Below are positions 54,689-64,000 of a stretch of DNA of 64,000 bases, in pieces. Position 1 is the first letter of the stretch; every line of letters begins with the position of its first letter. The position numbers and the translations under genes were made by a program. Source of the DNA: Candidatus Moanibacter sp. (GTDB lineage Bacteria; Verrucomicrobiota; Verrucomicrobiia; Opitutales; UBA2987); the NCBI GenBank assembly GCA_965215885.1, contig CBDCEW010000102.1:123994-187993 (forward strand). Direction: 5' to 3'. The notes under the pieces are model-generated. The model was not told the DNA's origin, did no database searches, and saw only the letters and a program-made list of their open reading frames with translations.

Positions 54689-56878
54689 CTACATTTCCCG
54701 ATCACAAGCGTAGTCCCGGCGCGCCGGGACGGAAGCATTTCGTCCTCCTTTGGTCTCGGAATCCACCCGATGTTGGGCGATGATTTTGAGGAAAGCCGGG
54801 AGGACGGTACGCGCTCTTACTTTGCCGATTCCTGGGATAGCCATGGCTTCTTCCACCGTCAACGGTTTCATCGAGGCTAATCCGAGCAGGGAGCGGTTGG
54901 AAAAAATTGTATATGCCGGAACATTGCCGCGGGCTTTGGCGAGTTGGAGGCGCTTTGATTTGAGCGCTTCGTAGAGTTCTTTACCGACTTCGGTCTCGGA
55001 TGAGGTTGTTTCGGCCACGGGTGATGCATGCTTTTTTGGACGGCGCGCCTTTCGCTCGGGCCAATCGAGTTTGACGGTGGACTGCCCCTTCATCACCTGC
55101 TCCCCCAGGGAGGTAAGGGTGATCATGCGGTATTGATCGTCGGTCGCTTGAACGAGGCCGGCCCTTTCCATTGCGGCAAAGAGGGATTTAACATAGGGGA
55201 GACCCTCTTCCTTTAAGAGACCGTAGGTGGAGAGTGTATCGAGACGGGCATCGAGCACATTCCGGCTGCGGCTGCCGACTAACATCTGGACAATGCGATT
55301 AAGACCGTAGCGGGCCTGCCATCTTGATGAAGATCCCCCACGCCACGAGGCGCGGGCGACACCGCTCAGCGCTTTCTGCAAAATAACCGCTTCATCGTTA
55401 GTCGGTTCACGCAAGTCTTTCGGAGGCGCCTCGTTACAACGGTCGCAGCAACCACAGGGCTGTGCGTCTCTTTCGCCAAAATAATGCAATATCCAGGCCT
55501 GTCGGCATCGTTCGGCGTAGCCGTATTGGATCATAGCTTGAAGTTTGCCGCGATCGCGCTGTTCCTTTTCAGCCAGAGCAGCCGCATCGAGATTGAGCGC
55601 ATGGGGTTGTAAGTCGGGTTGCCGAAGACGCGTGCCCCGGATTCGGTCTCCGGGAATATCGAAGCGCTCGATCACGCCCATGCGGTTCAGGATGGTGAGG
55701 GAAGCGTTCACCTGCAGAGAATTATTGCCGTAGCTCATCTCTGACGTGAGGTCCCTTATCGACCGCCGTACTTCGCTATGGCTATCAGCCAATCGACGCA
55801 AATGAGTGTAAACATCCACGATCACAGCCTTGCTCGGATTGTTGCCTTCGATGAAGAATTCCTGCACGCGCTTATCCGCGTAATTGAACAGCAGTTCGCA
55901 GACTGCCGGTTTTCCATCGCGGCCCGCGCGACCCCCTTCCTGGTAATAGGCTTCAACACTGCCCGGCATCTCGAAGTGCGCCAGAAACCGAATGTCGGCC
56001 CGGTCGATTCCCATCCCGAATGCGTTTGTGGCCACGGCCACGTCGGATTTTCTTTGCAGAAATCTCTCCTGGGCACGTTTCCGTTCCGCATCATCCAACC
56101 CGGCGTGATAGGCGATATGGGCGATGTCCCAGCTTTTCAGACGCTCCGCGACCTCCTCGACGCGCTTTCGGGTCGCGCAATAGATTATGCCGGTTCGATT
56201 TCCGTCGATTAACTCGCTCAGCCTCAGGTATTTCTCAGCGGTCGAGCTAACCTGGGTCACTCGAAACTCGAGGTTCGGGCGTGCGAAACCGGTAACGCAC
56301 TCTCGCGGGTCGTGGAGGCGGAGGAGGTCCCTTATGTCCTGCCGCACTTCCGGAGTAGCGGTAGCCGTAAAGGCTGCCACCGGGGGGCGACCCAGCGCTT
56401 CAAACGTGCCACCGAGCCGAAGATAGTCGGGACGGAAATCGTGTCCCCACATCGAGACGCAATGAGCTTCGTCGACAGCGAAAAATGAAATTGTTACCTT
56501 CTTCAGTGCCTCTACAAAGCGGGCCTGCCGAAAACGTTCCGGTGCGATATAGACCAGCCGGATTCGCCCTTGCCTCACCGCATCGATCCTCTCGCGCTGT
56601 TCTCTCCCGCTTAGGCTACTGTTTATAAACGTGGCCTCTATTTTCTGCTCTCTCAACGAGTCGACCTGATCTTTCATTAGAGCGATCAGTGGAGAGACAA
56701 TCACTGCGACTCCCTCCATCATCAGAGCCGGCAGCTGGTAGCAGAGCGACTTTCCTCCGCCCGTCGGCATAACTACCATGGCATCAGTCCCACTCAGAAT
56801 GGCGGCCGCTACTTCCTCCTGCCCAGGCCGAAACCTATCGAAATGGAAGTATTGTTTTAACGCCTTGTGCAGCTCCAT
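54689..56878 (-). CDS. recQ: RecQ-family DNA helicase (with RQC and HRDC domains)
   Basis: MPTGGGKSLCYQLP, VDEAHC, QEGGRAGRDG. Confidence 0.95.
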   Translation of the reverse strand: MELHKALKQYFHFDRFRPGQEEVAAAILSGTDAMVVMPTGGGKSLCYQLPALMMEGVAVIVSPLIALMKDQVDSLREQKIEATFINSSLSGREQRERIDAVRQGRIRLVYIAPERFRQARFVEALKKVTISFFAVDEAHCVSMWGHDFRPDYLRLGGTFEALGRPPVAAFTATATPEVRQDIRDLLRLHDPRECVTGFARPNLEFRVTQVSSTAEKYLRLSELIDGNRTGIIYCATRKRVEEVAERLKSWDIAHIAYHAGLDDAERKRAQERFLQRKSDVAVATNAFGMGIDRADIRFLAHFEMPGSVEAYYQEGGRAGRDGKPAVCELLFNYADKRVQEFFIEGNNPSKAVIVDVYTHLRRLADSHSEVRRSIRDLTSEMSYGNNSLQVNASLTILNRMGVIERFDIPGDRIRGTRLRQPDLQPHALNLDAAALAEKEQRDRGKLQAMIQYGYAERCRQAWILHYFGERDAQPCGCCDRCNEAPPKDLREPTNDEAVILQKALSGVARASWRGGSSSRWQARYGLNRIVQMLVGSRSRNVLDARLDTLSTYGLLKEEGLPYVKSLFAAMERAGLVQATDDQYRMITLTSLGEQVMKGQSTVKLDWPERKARRPKKHASPVAETTSSETEVGKELYEALKSKRLQLAKARGNVPAYTIFSNRSLLGLASMKPLTVEEAMAIPGIGKVRARTVLPAFLKIIAQHRVDSETKGGRNASVPARRDYACDREM

Positions 56879-56924
56879 CGCCGAGTAAAGGTAAACTTCA
56901 CCGCCCTCAGCGCAAGTGCGGAGA

Positions 56925-57288
56925 TCAGAATAAGGGACAGGCAATTTATACCGATTCGCAGGCGAAAAATCGAATTAGGAGCTATGAATAAGCAATCTAT
57001 GAATTTAAGGGGTGTTGATGCAGTGTATCACTGGATGTTCTGGGGTCAGAATAAGGGACAGGCTATTTATACCTAGCAGATGGTAGAAGTTTGAGATGGG
57101 AGATATGAATAAGTAGTTTATAAGAATAAGAGGGCATAAACGCAGACTACCATTGGAATTCCTGGGGGCTGATTGTGGAGAATTCGGGACTGTGAAGCTG
57201 GCAAATGTGCGATAGAATAGGGATCTGCCGAGAATTTCCGCATTTGAGATCCGCCGGAGCGGAATCAGATAAATTACCTGTCCCTAAT
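56925..57288. repeat. Two degenerate 121-bp tandem units headed by AATAAGGGACAGG..ATTTATACC plus one inverted copy of the head
   Basis: Heads at ~56925 and ~57046; inverted ataaattacctgtccctaat at 57269-57288. Confidence 0.7.
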
Positions 57289-57464
57289 AAATGGGCGGTT
57301 GGGTTCATAAGCGTTCGGCAAGGGTGGAAATGGGCCGTGACAGGGGCGGATAAGAGATCGGAGAATCGACAATGTCGCAGGCACCGGAATTTTCTAGGGG
57401 ACATTTTAGAGTGGTCATGCCGGCAAGGGTGTTGTAGCGTGAGTGGATAAGATACCGAACTCCG

Positions 57465-60284
57465 ATGTCCCGACGCGTGTATCGAAGAATCGCCCTGCTG
57501 CCGCACCGATGGATGCCCCTGTCTTTTTGGGTGTGGGCATTGGCCATCCCGATTGCCGGGGCGGATGAGGAGAGGGAGAAGCAGGCCCCGACGGCCGAAG
57601 AGAAGGTCGAGGTGGAGGACAAGGAGGATGAGCTCGAAGAATTTGAGCGATTTGTTGTGACGGGGACGCGAATCAAGGAGATCGATCTCGAAAACGAGGT
57701 GCCGATAATCGCCCTGGATCGGCGGCAGATCGAAGAGAGTGGAGTCACTCAGCTCTCGGAGTTGATCGGGCAGTTGCCGATTACTTCAGGAGCGTCGGAA
57801 TCAGGGCAGATCGGTTCCTTTGCGGGAGATGGGGCGCAGGCGAATCTGAGGGGAACCGGGGTAGCAGGGACTTTGGTGCTGTTGAACGGTCGCCGTATGG
57901 TGCCCTACGCTTTTTCGACGGGGCGAGGAGAAAACTTCGTCGATTTGAACGCAATCCCGGTGGGCGCGATTGAAAGGATCGAGATTCTGAAAGATGGAGG
58001 GTCGGCCATATACGGGTCCGATGCGCTCTCCGGGGTGATTAACTTCATCTTACGAAAGGATTACGAAGAAGGGGAGATAAGGGTCTATTATGAAGGTACG
58101 ACACGGGAAGATGATGTCGCAATCTGGGGAACAGACGTTACCTGGGGCAAGACAACTGAGCGGTCGAGCATCATAATACACGTGAACTACTATCAGAGAG
58201 ATCCTTTGATGCGGCGCGACCGGTCCTTCTCGGCCAGTCCGGATCAGTCGGATAAAGGCGGGTTTAACCTTCTGGGGTGGGACAGCTATCCCGGGTTTTT
58301 TGAGTTTCTCGGGTTGCGACGAAATCCGGCTGATTTCACCCGGCTTGAGAATCACTTATTCGTTTTTTTTGGGGACGGTTCTACGGAAGATATGGAAGGT
58401 TTTGAGCGGTTCAACTATAACACCGAGGCCACCCTGGTGAGTGGAGCGGAACGCTACGGGATTAGCTTTTTAGGAAGCTACGAAATCAACAACTCACTGG
58501 AATTTTTCGGGGAATTCAGTTACCAGGACAACGCCGCGAACTACCAGCTGGCCTCTGCTCCACTGAACCGCGGTTACATTATCCCCGCGTCCAATCCGTT
58601 CAATCCTACCCCTTCATTCGACAACTTCTTCAGTGGCCCGCTTGTCCCCCCCGGTGGACTGGACATTACGGACTCCCTGTTGCGGCCGCTCGATCCGGGC
58701 CCACGAAAGAATGAGACCGATTCGGAGCTGATTCGACTAGTGGCGGGACTGAAGGGGGAATGGGGTGGAGCCCAATGGGAGCTATCTTTACTCTACGGAA
58801 AAAGTGTGGTAAAGGAGGTCACGAAAAACCTCATCCGGGTCGATCTCTTTCAAGAAGCTCTCAATGCCACTGGAGCGGATGCCTTGAATCCCTTCGCCTC
58901 GGCTCCCGGCGAGGACAATAACGCCGCCATTTACAACCGGATCACGACCGACGATGTGCGTTCGGGCAATCGTGAATTCTTTCAGATCAATGCCGGGATG
59001 AGCAAGGAGTTGTTCAGTCTGCCGGCCGGCCCTGCGATCGGTCATTTCGGTGTAGAGTTTCGCGATGAATCAATGAATCGATTGCAGTCGGAATTGGCTG
59101 GGAATTTCCTATTATTCGGATCGGGAGGGACGTCGGCGGAAGGCAGCCGCAACGTATATGGCCTTTATGGAGAGATGATTATTCCCCTTCACAAGTTCCT
59201 CGAAGGCCATTTCGCGGCGCGCTGGGAGGAATACAGCGATTTTGGCGACACCGTAAATCCCAAGGTAGGAATAAAAATGCGGCCGTTTCCCAGTGTGCTG
59301 CTGCGCGCGTCCTACTCCGAAGCGTTTCGAGCACCGTCTCTCGAACAGGCCTTCGGCGGCATCACCCGCGGCTTCGTGCAGGAGCGAGATTTTCTCCGCA
59401 CAAACTTTACATTCGGTGTCTTCGATGAGGGGACGCCCTGGCCCTTTGACGATTTTCGATCCCGCGAAGTACGCCGTCAGGGAAATCCGGACCTCAGGCC
59501 GGAAGGCTCCAGGTATTTCAACGCGGGAATAGTCTACAGTCCCAAGTTCCTGGAGGATCTGGCAATCGGGTTCGACGTCTGGCGGCTGGAAATCGACAAT
59601 GTGATCGCGACGCGGTCTATCCCTTCACTATTGTCAGCGGAAGAGGACTTCTACTTTGAGGATCCAGTCAACTACCTTTTCCTCTTGGACCGTGAGACCC
59701 GGGGAGCGATGACGGGTGTGTTTCGCGACCCGAATGGGCCCTGGGTGCGTCCGGAAACACCGCAGATCACATTTATTATTCCCGGAAAGATCGATTATGT
59801 TGTGAGTGAATTCAGGAATTTTGAAGGGGTCACACTGGAGGGGCTGGATTTCGAGATATTTTACCGCTTCAAGACGGAGACGTTTGGGGATTTCTGGATT
59901 CGACATTATTCCGTATACGTCGATCGTTACGTTACGGGGGGTTTCAATCTCGTCGGGTTTATCGGTCTCCCTCGATATCAAGCCTACAGCACGTTTCGAT
60001 GGTCCAGCAGCAACCGTAATCTTCGCCTTGCCCTGGTGTCGCGTTATACCTCCGGGTATAAGACTGAATTTGTCGGGGTGCCCAGGGTGAACAGTCATAC
60101 CGTTTTCGACCTGCAGCTGACCTATGCTGGCCTTTTTGATACCGAGGTAATATTCGGCATCAAGAATCTGACCGACCGCGATCCTCCCGCCAATGTGACG
60201 GAGGAGGAAGGCTACGATACTAATCTCGGCGCCTATAATCCGTACGGAAGAACGGTTACGGTTTCACTGAAGAGGACGTTTTAG
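57465..60284 (+). CDS. TonB-dependent receptor
   Basis: VVTGTRI TonB box, IERIEILKDGGSAIYGSDALSGVINFI plug, C-terminal Phe. Confidence 0.95.
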   Translation: MSRRVYRRIALLPHRWMPLSFWVWALAIPIAGADEEREKQAPTAEEKVEVEDKEDELEEFERFVVTGTRIKEIDLENEVPIIALDRRQIEESGVTQLSELIGQLPITSGASESGQIGSFAGDGAQANLRGTGVAGTLVLLNGRRMVPYAFSTGRGENFVDLNAIPVGAIERIEILKDGGSAIYGSDALSGVINFILRKDYEEGEIRVYYEGTTREDDVAIWGTDVTWGKTTERSSIIIHVNYYQRDPLMRRDRSFSASPDQSDKGGFNLLGWDSYPGFFEFLGLRRNPADFTRLENHLFVFFGDGSTEDMEGFERFNYNTEATLVSGAERYGISFLGSYEINNSLEFFGEFSYQDNAANYQLASAPLNRGYIIPASNPFNPTPSFDNFFSGPLVPPGGLDITDSLLRPLDPGPRKNETDSELIRLVAGLKGEWGGAQWELSLLYGKSVVKEVTKNLIRVDLFQEALNATGADALNPFASAPGEDNNAAIYNRITTDDVRSGNREFFQINAGMSKELFSLPAGPAIGHFGVEFRDESMNRLQSELAGNFLLFGSGGTSAEGSRNVYGLYGEMIIPLHKFLEGHFAARWEEYSDFGDTVNPKVGIKMRPFPSVLLRASYSEAFRAPSLEQAFGGITRGFVQERDFLRTNFTFGVFDEGTPWPFDDFRSREVRRQGNPDLRPEGSRYFNAGIVYSPKFLEDLAIGFDVWRLEIDNVIATRSIPSLLSAEEDFYFEDPVNYLFLLDRETRGAMTGVFRDPNGPWVRPETPQITFIIPGKIDYVVSEFRNFEGVTLEGLDFEIFYRFKTETFGDFWIRHYSVYVDRYVTGGFNLVGFIGLPRYQAYSTFRWSSSNRNLRLALVSRYTSGYKTEFVGVPRVNSHTVFDLQLTYAGLFDTEVIFGIKNLTDRDPPANVTEEEGYDTNLGAYNPYGRTVTVSLKRTF

Positions 60285-60373
60285 CCCGCCAGCATGTAGA
60301 TGCACCTCTTTCGAATTCAGATTACGATTATGATCACGACGGGAAGTTTTCATGGGGCTACTCTCTTTTAATC

Positions 60374-62398
60374 GTGACTCTCAATCGTGACCTGCGGTCG
60401 ACCGTGCACGACTCGCTCCCCCACACCTCATCGTATTTGCAAATTGGAGTAATAAGAATCCTCCGAGCTCTCTTTTTTCTGATTGGTTTGGTCGCCGCTC
60501 TTGTGGCACAGGCGGAAGAGATACCGGTGGAGTCTTTTTTCCGCAGTCCTGGGTTTACCCGGTTTCGGATTTCCCCGAGTGGAGAATATCTTTCGGCCCT
60601 CGGGAGTTGGAAGGACGGAATGAATCTCTACGTCATCGACCTGAAGTTGGGCACTTCCACCCGGATAACGGCGACAACCGACCAGACCATAAACCACTAT
60701 CTGTGGGCGAGCAAAGAACGGATATTGTTTACCATGGATCAGAATGGCAATGAGTCATGGGGACTTTTCGCCGTTAATCGTGATGGCTCGAATCTTCGAA
60801 CACTCGTTCCACCTCTGGGAAGCACCGGTAGCTTTGTATTTCGCTACTCGCGACCGCTGGATCTGCTCGGAGACCATCCCGATGAGATCTTAATTCTGAA
60901 TAACGAGAGGCGGGTCGATTATCCCGATGTGTATCGGATGAATATCAACAATGGCGTGAGACGTTTAGCGGTTAGAAATCCGGGCAATTTTACGGGGTGG
61001 CGCACAGATCAGGATGGCGAAGTTCGTTTGGGCGAGGCGAGGGATCATGATGGTGGAGTGACGTATTATTTTCGCGAGAAAGGGAAGAAGGATTGGGGTG
61101 AAATTGCCTATTTCCCTTTTGGAAAGGCGAAGTGGCGCCCGGTTGGACCTCCCGAATTTGACCAGATGCCGATCCTGGTCCCTCCTCCCCAACCGTTCAG
61201 CTATGATCACTTGAAACTGTATGTGGCGAGCGAAATCGGGCGAACGGTATCGGCAATTTTCGAATTTGACCCGCAAGCGAAAGAGATGGGGCGAATGCTT
61301 TTCCAGACTCCCTCACATGATGTCGTCGACCTCCAACTATCGGACTTTTTGGAGAGACCACTTGGTGTATATTACGAAACCGAAAAGCCCGAAGTCTTCT
61401 GGTTTGATGAGGAGAAGCGGATTATTCAGGCGTATCTGGAGAGGAAGTTTCCAGGGTTCCACAGTCGAGTCGTAAACACGAGTGATGATCATACAAAAAT
61501 GGTGGTAGCGAGCTACTCCGATCGCCACCCCGTGGTTTATTCATTACTCAGTATCGATAAGGGTGAGTTGAATCTGGAGATTCTCGCCGACAACCGGGTC
61601 ATCGAGACCTCCATGCTGGGAGAGATGAGGCCGATCCGCTTTGAAGCTCGAGATGGAACACCCTTGCATGGCTATCTAACCCTTCCAACAGATCAGGAAC
61701 CCCGCAACCTACCGCTTATTGTTCACCCGCATGGAGGCCCGTGGGTGCGTGATTCATGGGGATATAATCCCGTGGTGCAGTTTCTCGCCAATCGGGGATT
61801 TGCCGTCCTTCAGATAGATTTCCGTTCATCGTTGGGATATGGGTGGGCTTTCCTCCATGCCGGTGACAAACTATGGGGCTCGAATATGCAGACTGATCTT
61901 GTCGATGGAGTGAAATGGGCAACGGAACGAGGAATCGCCGACCCAAATTCTATTGGGATCTATGGATCCAGCTACGGCGGGTATGCCGCATTAGCGCAGC
62001 TTACGAAATTCCCGGAGATCTATAAGTTTGGTATCAGCGCATTTGGCCCAGTCGATCTCATAGAGCTGATCAACTGGAGGAGAAAATGGAAACAGGAGAT
62101 GGTCTACGGTTTTTATTGCCGAACGATTGGACATCCCGAAAATGACAGGGATCTCCTGGCGCGCTTCTCTCCCATTAATTACATCGAGAGGATCCAAGCA
62201 CCGATATTCATCGTACACGGCAGTCAAGATCCGCGAGTCCCCATCGATCATGCGAAGGTGCTCCGCCGGGAGCTGAGAAAGAGGGGAAAGGATTTTGTCT
62301 GGTTGGTGAAAAAAGACGAAGGACATGGTTTTCGCAAGGTTGAAAACCAGATAGAGCTCTATACCATGATGGATGCTTTTCTGAAACGGTTTCGTTAA
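60374..62398 (+). CDS. S9 family (prolyl oligopeptidase / acylaminoacyl) peptidase
   Basis: PHGGP, GSSYGG, DPRV, EGHGF. Confidence 0.93.
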   Translation: MTLNRDLRSTVHDSLPHTSSYLQIGVIRILRALFFLIGLVAALVAQAEEIPVESFFRSPGFTRFRISPSGEYLSALGSWKDGMNLYVIDLKLGTSTRITATTDQTINHYLWASKERILFTMDQNGNESWGLFAVNRDGSNLRTLVPPLGSTGSFVFRYSRPLDLLGDHPDEILILNNERRVDYPDVYRMNINNGVRRLAVRNPGNFTGWRTDQDGEVRLGEARDHDGGVTYYFREKGKKDWGEIAYFPFGKAKWRPVGPPEFDQMPILVPPPQPFSYDHLKLYVASEIGRTVSAIFEFDPQAKEMGRMLFQTPSHDVVDLQLSDFLERPLGVYYETEKPEVFWFDEEKRIIQAYLERKFPGFHSRVVNTSDDHTKMVVASYSDRHPVVYSLLSIDKGELNLEILADNRVIETSMLGEMRPIRFEARDGTPLHGYLTLPTDQEPRNLPLIVHPHGGPWVRDSWGYNPVVQFLANRGFAVLQIDFRSSLGYGWAFLHAGDKLWGSNMQTDLVDGVKWATERGIADPNSIGIYGSSYGGYAALAQLTKFPEIYKFGISAFGPVDLIELINWRRKWKQEMVYGFYCRTIGHPENDRDLLARFSPINYIERIQAPIFIVHGSQDPRVPIDHAKVLRRELRKRGKDFVWLVKKDEGHGFRKVENQIELYTMMDAFLKRFR

Positions 62399-62463
62399 TA
62401 TGGCGAAGGTAGAACCGTTCTGTTGTTCAAAGAGCTTCGAATATTCGTGGGGAAAGCGGACTA

Positions 62464-63582
62464 ATGAGTAGTGAAACTGAAGAGACGGGACCGAAGAAGG
62501 GGCGAAGCAAGAAGTGTATCTTTTGCATCTGCTCGTGCGGATGTGTAGGGTTAGGCCTGTCTATAGTCGCCTTCGCAGTCTTGTGGGGCAGAGAGTATTT
62601 GAAGATCCGTGATGAGTTCGAAGGCACAGCGGCAGTGGTAGTGGTGGCGCTTGGAGAGGCCGCTAGAAATAATGTAAGGGAACTTGAAACGGCAGCTGTA
62701 CTTTTGGGGCAGAGCCTTCCTTTTGGTCGTGAGGTGTTCAAGGAAGTTGCAGGTCCGATCGTAAAAGCCAATACGGGATTGGCAGCTATGAATTGGGTGC
62801 CACGGATTAGCCACGAAGAGCGCGAAAGTTGGGAAGCATTCGGGCGAAGAGAGTACTCTCCAGATTTTCAGTTCCTCGATGAGGGACGTATACGAACCCA
62901 CAGCCGGGCGGCCCTTCGCAAAGAGTATTTTCCCATTCTCTTTACCGAACCGATCGAAGGAAACAGATCCGCCCTCGGATTGGATATCAGCTCGAATGAG
63001 AGGCAGCACAACGCTTTGGAGAGAGCTCGCGATTCCGGGGAGGTAGTTATCTCCCTGCCATTCCGTCTCAAACAGGAGGCGGGCTTGCAGAATTCCTACA
63101 CACTGCTCACTCCCATCTATTCGGGCGGCTCTACACCCCATACGAAAGAACAGCGCCAAGAGCAACTGTTGGGCTATCTGGAAGGTGCGTATCGATCTGG
63201 AGACATGGTTCTGTCGGCGCTGGAGTTTGTCGCCCTGGATGATATTCAGTTATGGTTTTACGACTTGATGGACAGGAATAAACAGCCGTTTGTCTTTGTC
63301 GAGGTTATAGAATGGGAGCCGCGGGTATCATTTGCTTCATTTGGGGAAGCGGCTGCTGCCCTGAAAGGGTTGAGTATTAAAGAGAAGGTCGCCCACGCAG
63401 GTCACGATTGGGGGATTGTGGTTAAGGCGAGTCCGGGTTATATTTGGTCTCACAGCAGCTTGGAGCCAGTGGGTGTTCTCGCAGTTGGATTGTTATTAAC
63501 GGTTTTGGTTTCGCGGATTCTAATTCGACGGACAAGAGTCGAGGAGGGAGTGGTCCCAGCACCGGTCGTAGAGTCCCGCTGA
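62464..63582 (+). CDS. Membrane protein with a CHASE sensor domain and no output domain
   Basis: WVPRI, EYFPILFTEP..GNRSALGLD...ALERARDSG between two TM helices. Confidence 0.8.
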   Translation: MSSETEETGPKKGRSKKCIFCICSCGCVGLGLSIVAFAVLWGREYLKIRDEFEGTAAVVVVALGEAARNNVRELETAAVLLGQSLPFGREVFKEVAGPIVKANTGLAAMNWVPRISHEERESWEAFGRREYSPDFQFLDEGRIRTHSRAALRKEYFPILFTEPIEGNRSALGLDISSNERQHNALERARDSGEVVISLPFRLKQEAGLQNSYTLLTPIYSGGSTPHTKEQRQEQLLGYLEGAYRSGDMVLSALEFVALDDIQLWFYDLMDRNKQPFVFVEVIEWEPRVSFASFGEAAAALKGLSIKEKVAHAGHDWGIVVKASPGYIWSHSSLEPVGVLAVGLLLTVLVSRILIRRTRVEEGVVPAPVVESR

Positions 63583-63882
63583 CTCGAGACTTCAATGTAG
63601 ATGGGGGTTTCCGGGCCATAATTCTAGGTGTTTTCGAGTGGGAAAATTGCCAGTTGGCGGATTAGATATCGTCCTCGTCCTCGGAGCGCAGCGATCTTTA
63701 TCGAACGATCTATCCGAGAAATCACTCGTACCACTCTCCGATTCACTTTGATCGAGCGTCAACTTCAGAACTCGCTATCATGCGGGTTGGCGGGCAGGGG
63801 GCAATCGCAGATACAATTCCCGGCTTTTAAGAGCTAAAGAAAACGGTAGGCTTCATCTTCGAACCATCAAATTCGAAGAAAA

Positions 63883-64000
63883 ATGGAGAAACCTACCGTC
63901 AAAGAAGAGACCTTCTTACAGTGCATCCTTGGAGTGGACAAGGGTAATCCCTCGATCACGGTCTATCGGGATCTGAGGGAAGGCAAACTGCACGTCTATT
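63883..64000 (+). CDS. Partial ORF running off the window, possibly a transposase N-terminus
   Basis: MEKPTVKEETFLQCILGVDKGNPSITVYRDLREGKLHVY; family call is from recollection only. Confidence 0.35.
   Translation, partial: MEKPTVKEETFLQCILGVDKGNPSITVYRDLREGKLHVY

Noticed and set aside
56925..57170. Repeats considered as a CRISPR array
   Set aside because: Only two heads, spacers ~95 bp and homologous to each other, no cas genes

Overview
Chromosomal window from a bacterium that is most likely a member of Verrucomicrobiota (the 16S carries the EUB338-III signature GCTGCCACCCGTAGGTGT). It starts inside an rRNA operon on the minus strand (16S, tRNA-Ala, tRNA-Ile, 23S; 23S 3' part cut off) whose 23S helix 45 is expanded by two REP-like hairpins. 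Next come mixed housekeeping and accessory genes and a complete selenocysteine locus (selW-like, selC, selD, selA, selB) holding two UGA-recoded selenoproteins the ORF track misses. Also present: a GbsR-ArsA operon followed by an ECF sigma/anti-sigma cluster, CoxM/CoxS/MoaD/azurin-like genes, an ECF42 module, PolX, RecQ, a TonB receptor plus S9 peptidase, and a CHASE-only membrane protein. Mobile DNA is dense: an IS5-like element at CTAG; an unusual ~3 kb two-ORF DDE element apparently bounded by direct rather than inverted repeats; two MITE families sitting exactly on TAG stop codons (one with a covarying single-strand fold); several REP/REPIN families; and a 76-bp ISAs1-like transposase fragment inside an MFS gene. 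All calls come from reading the sequence by eye; no database searches were run.
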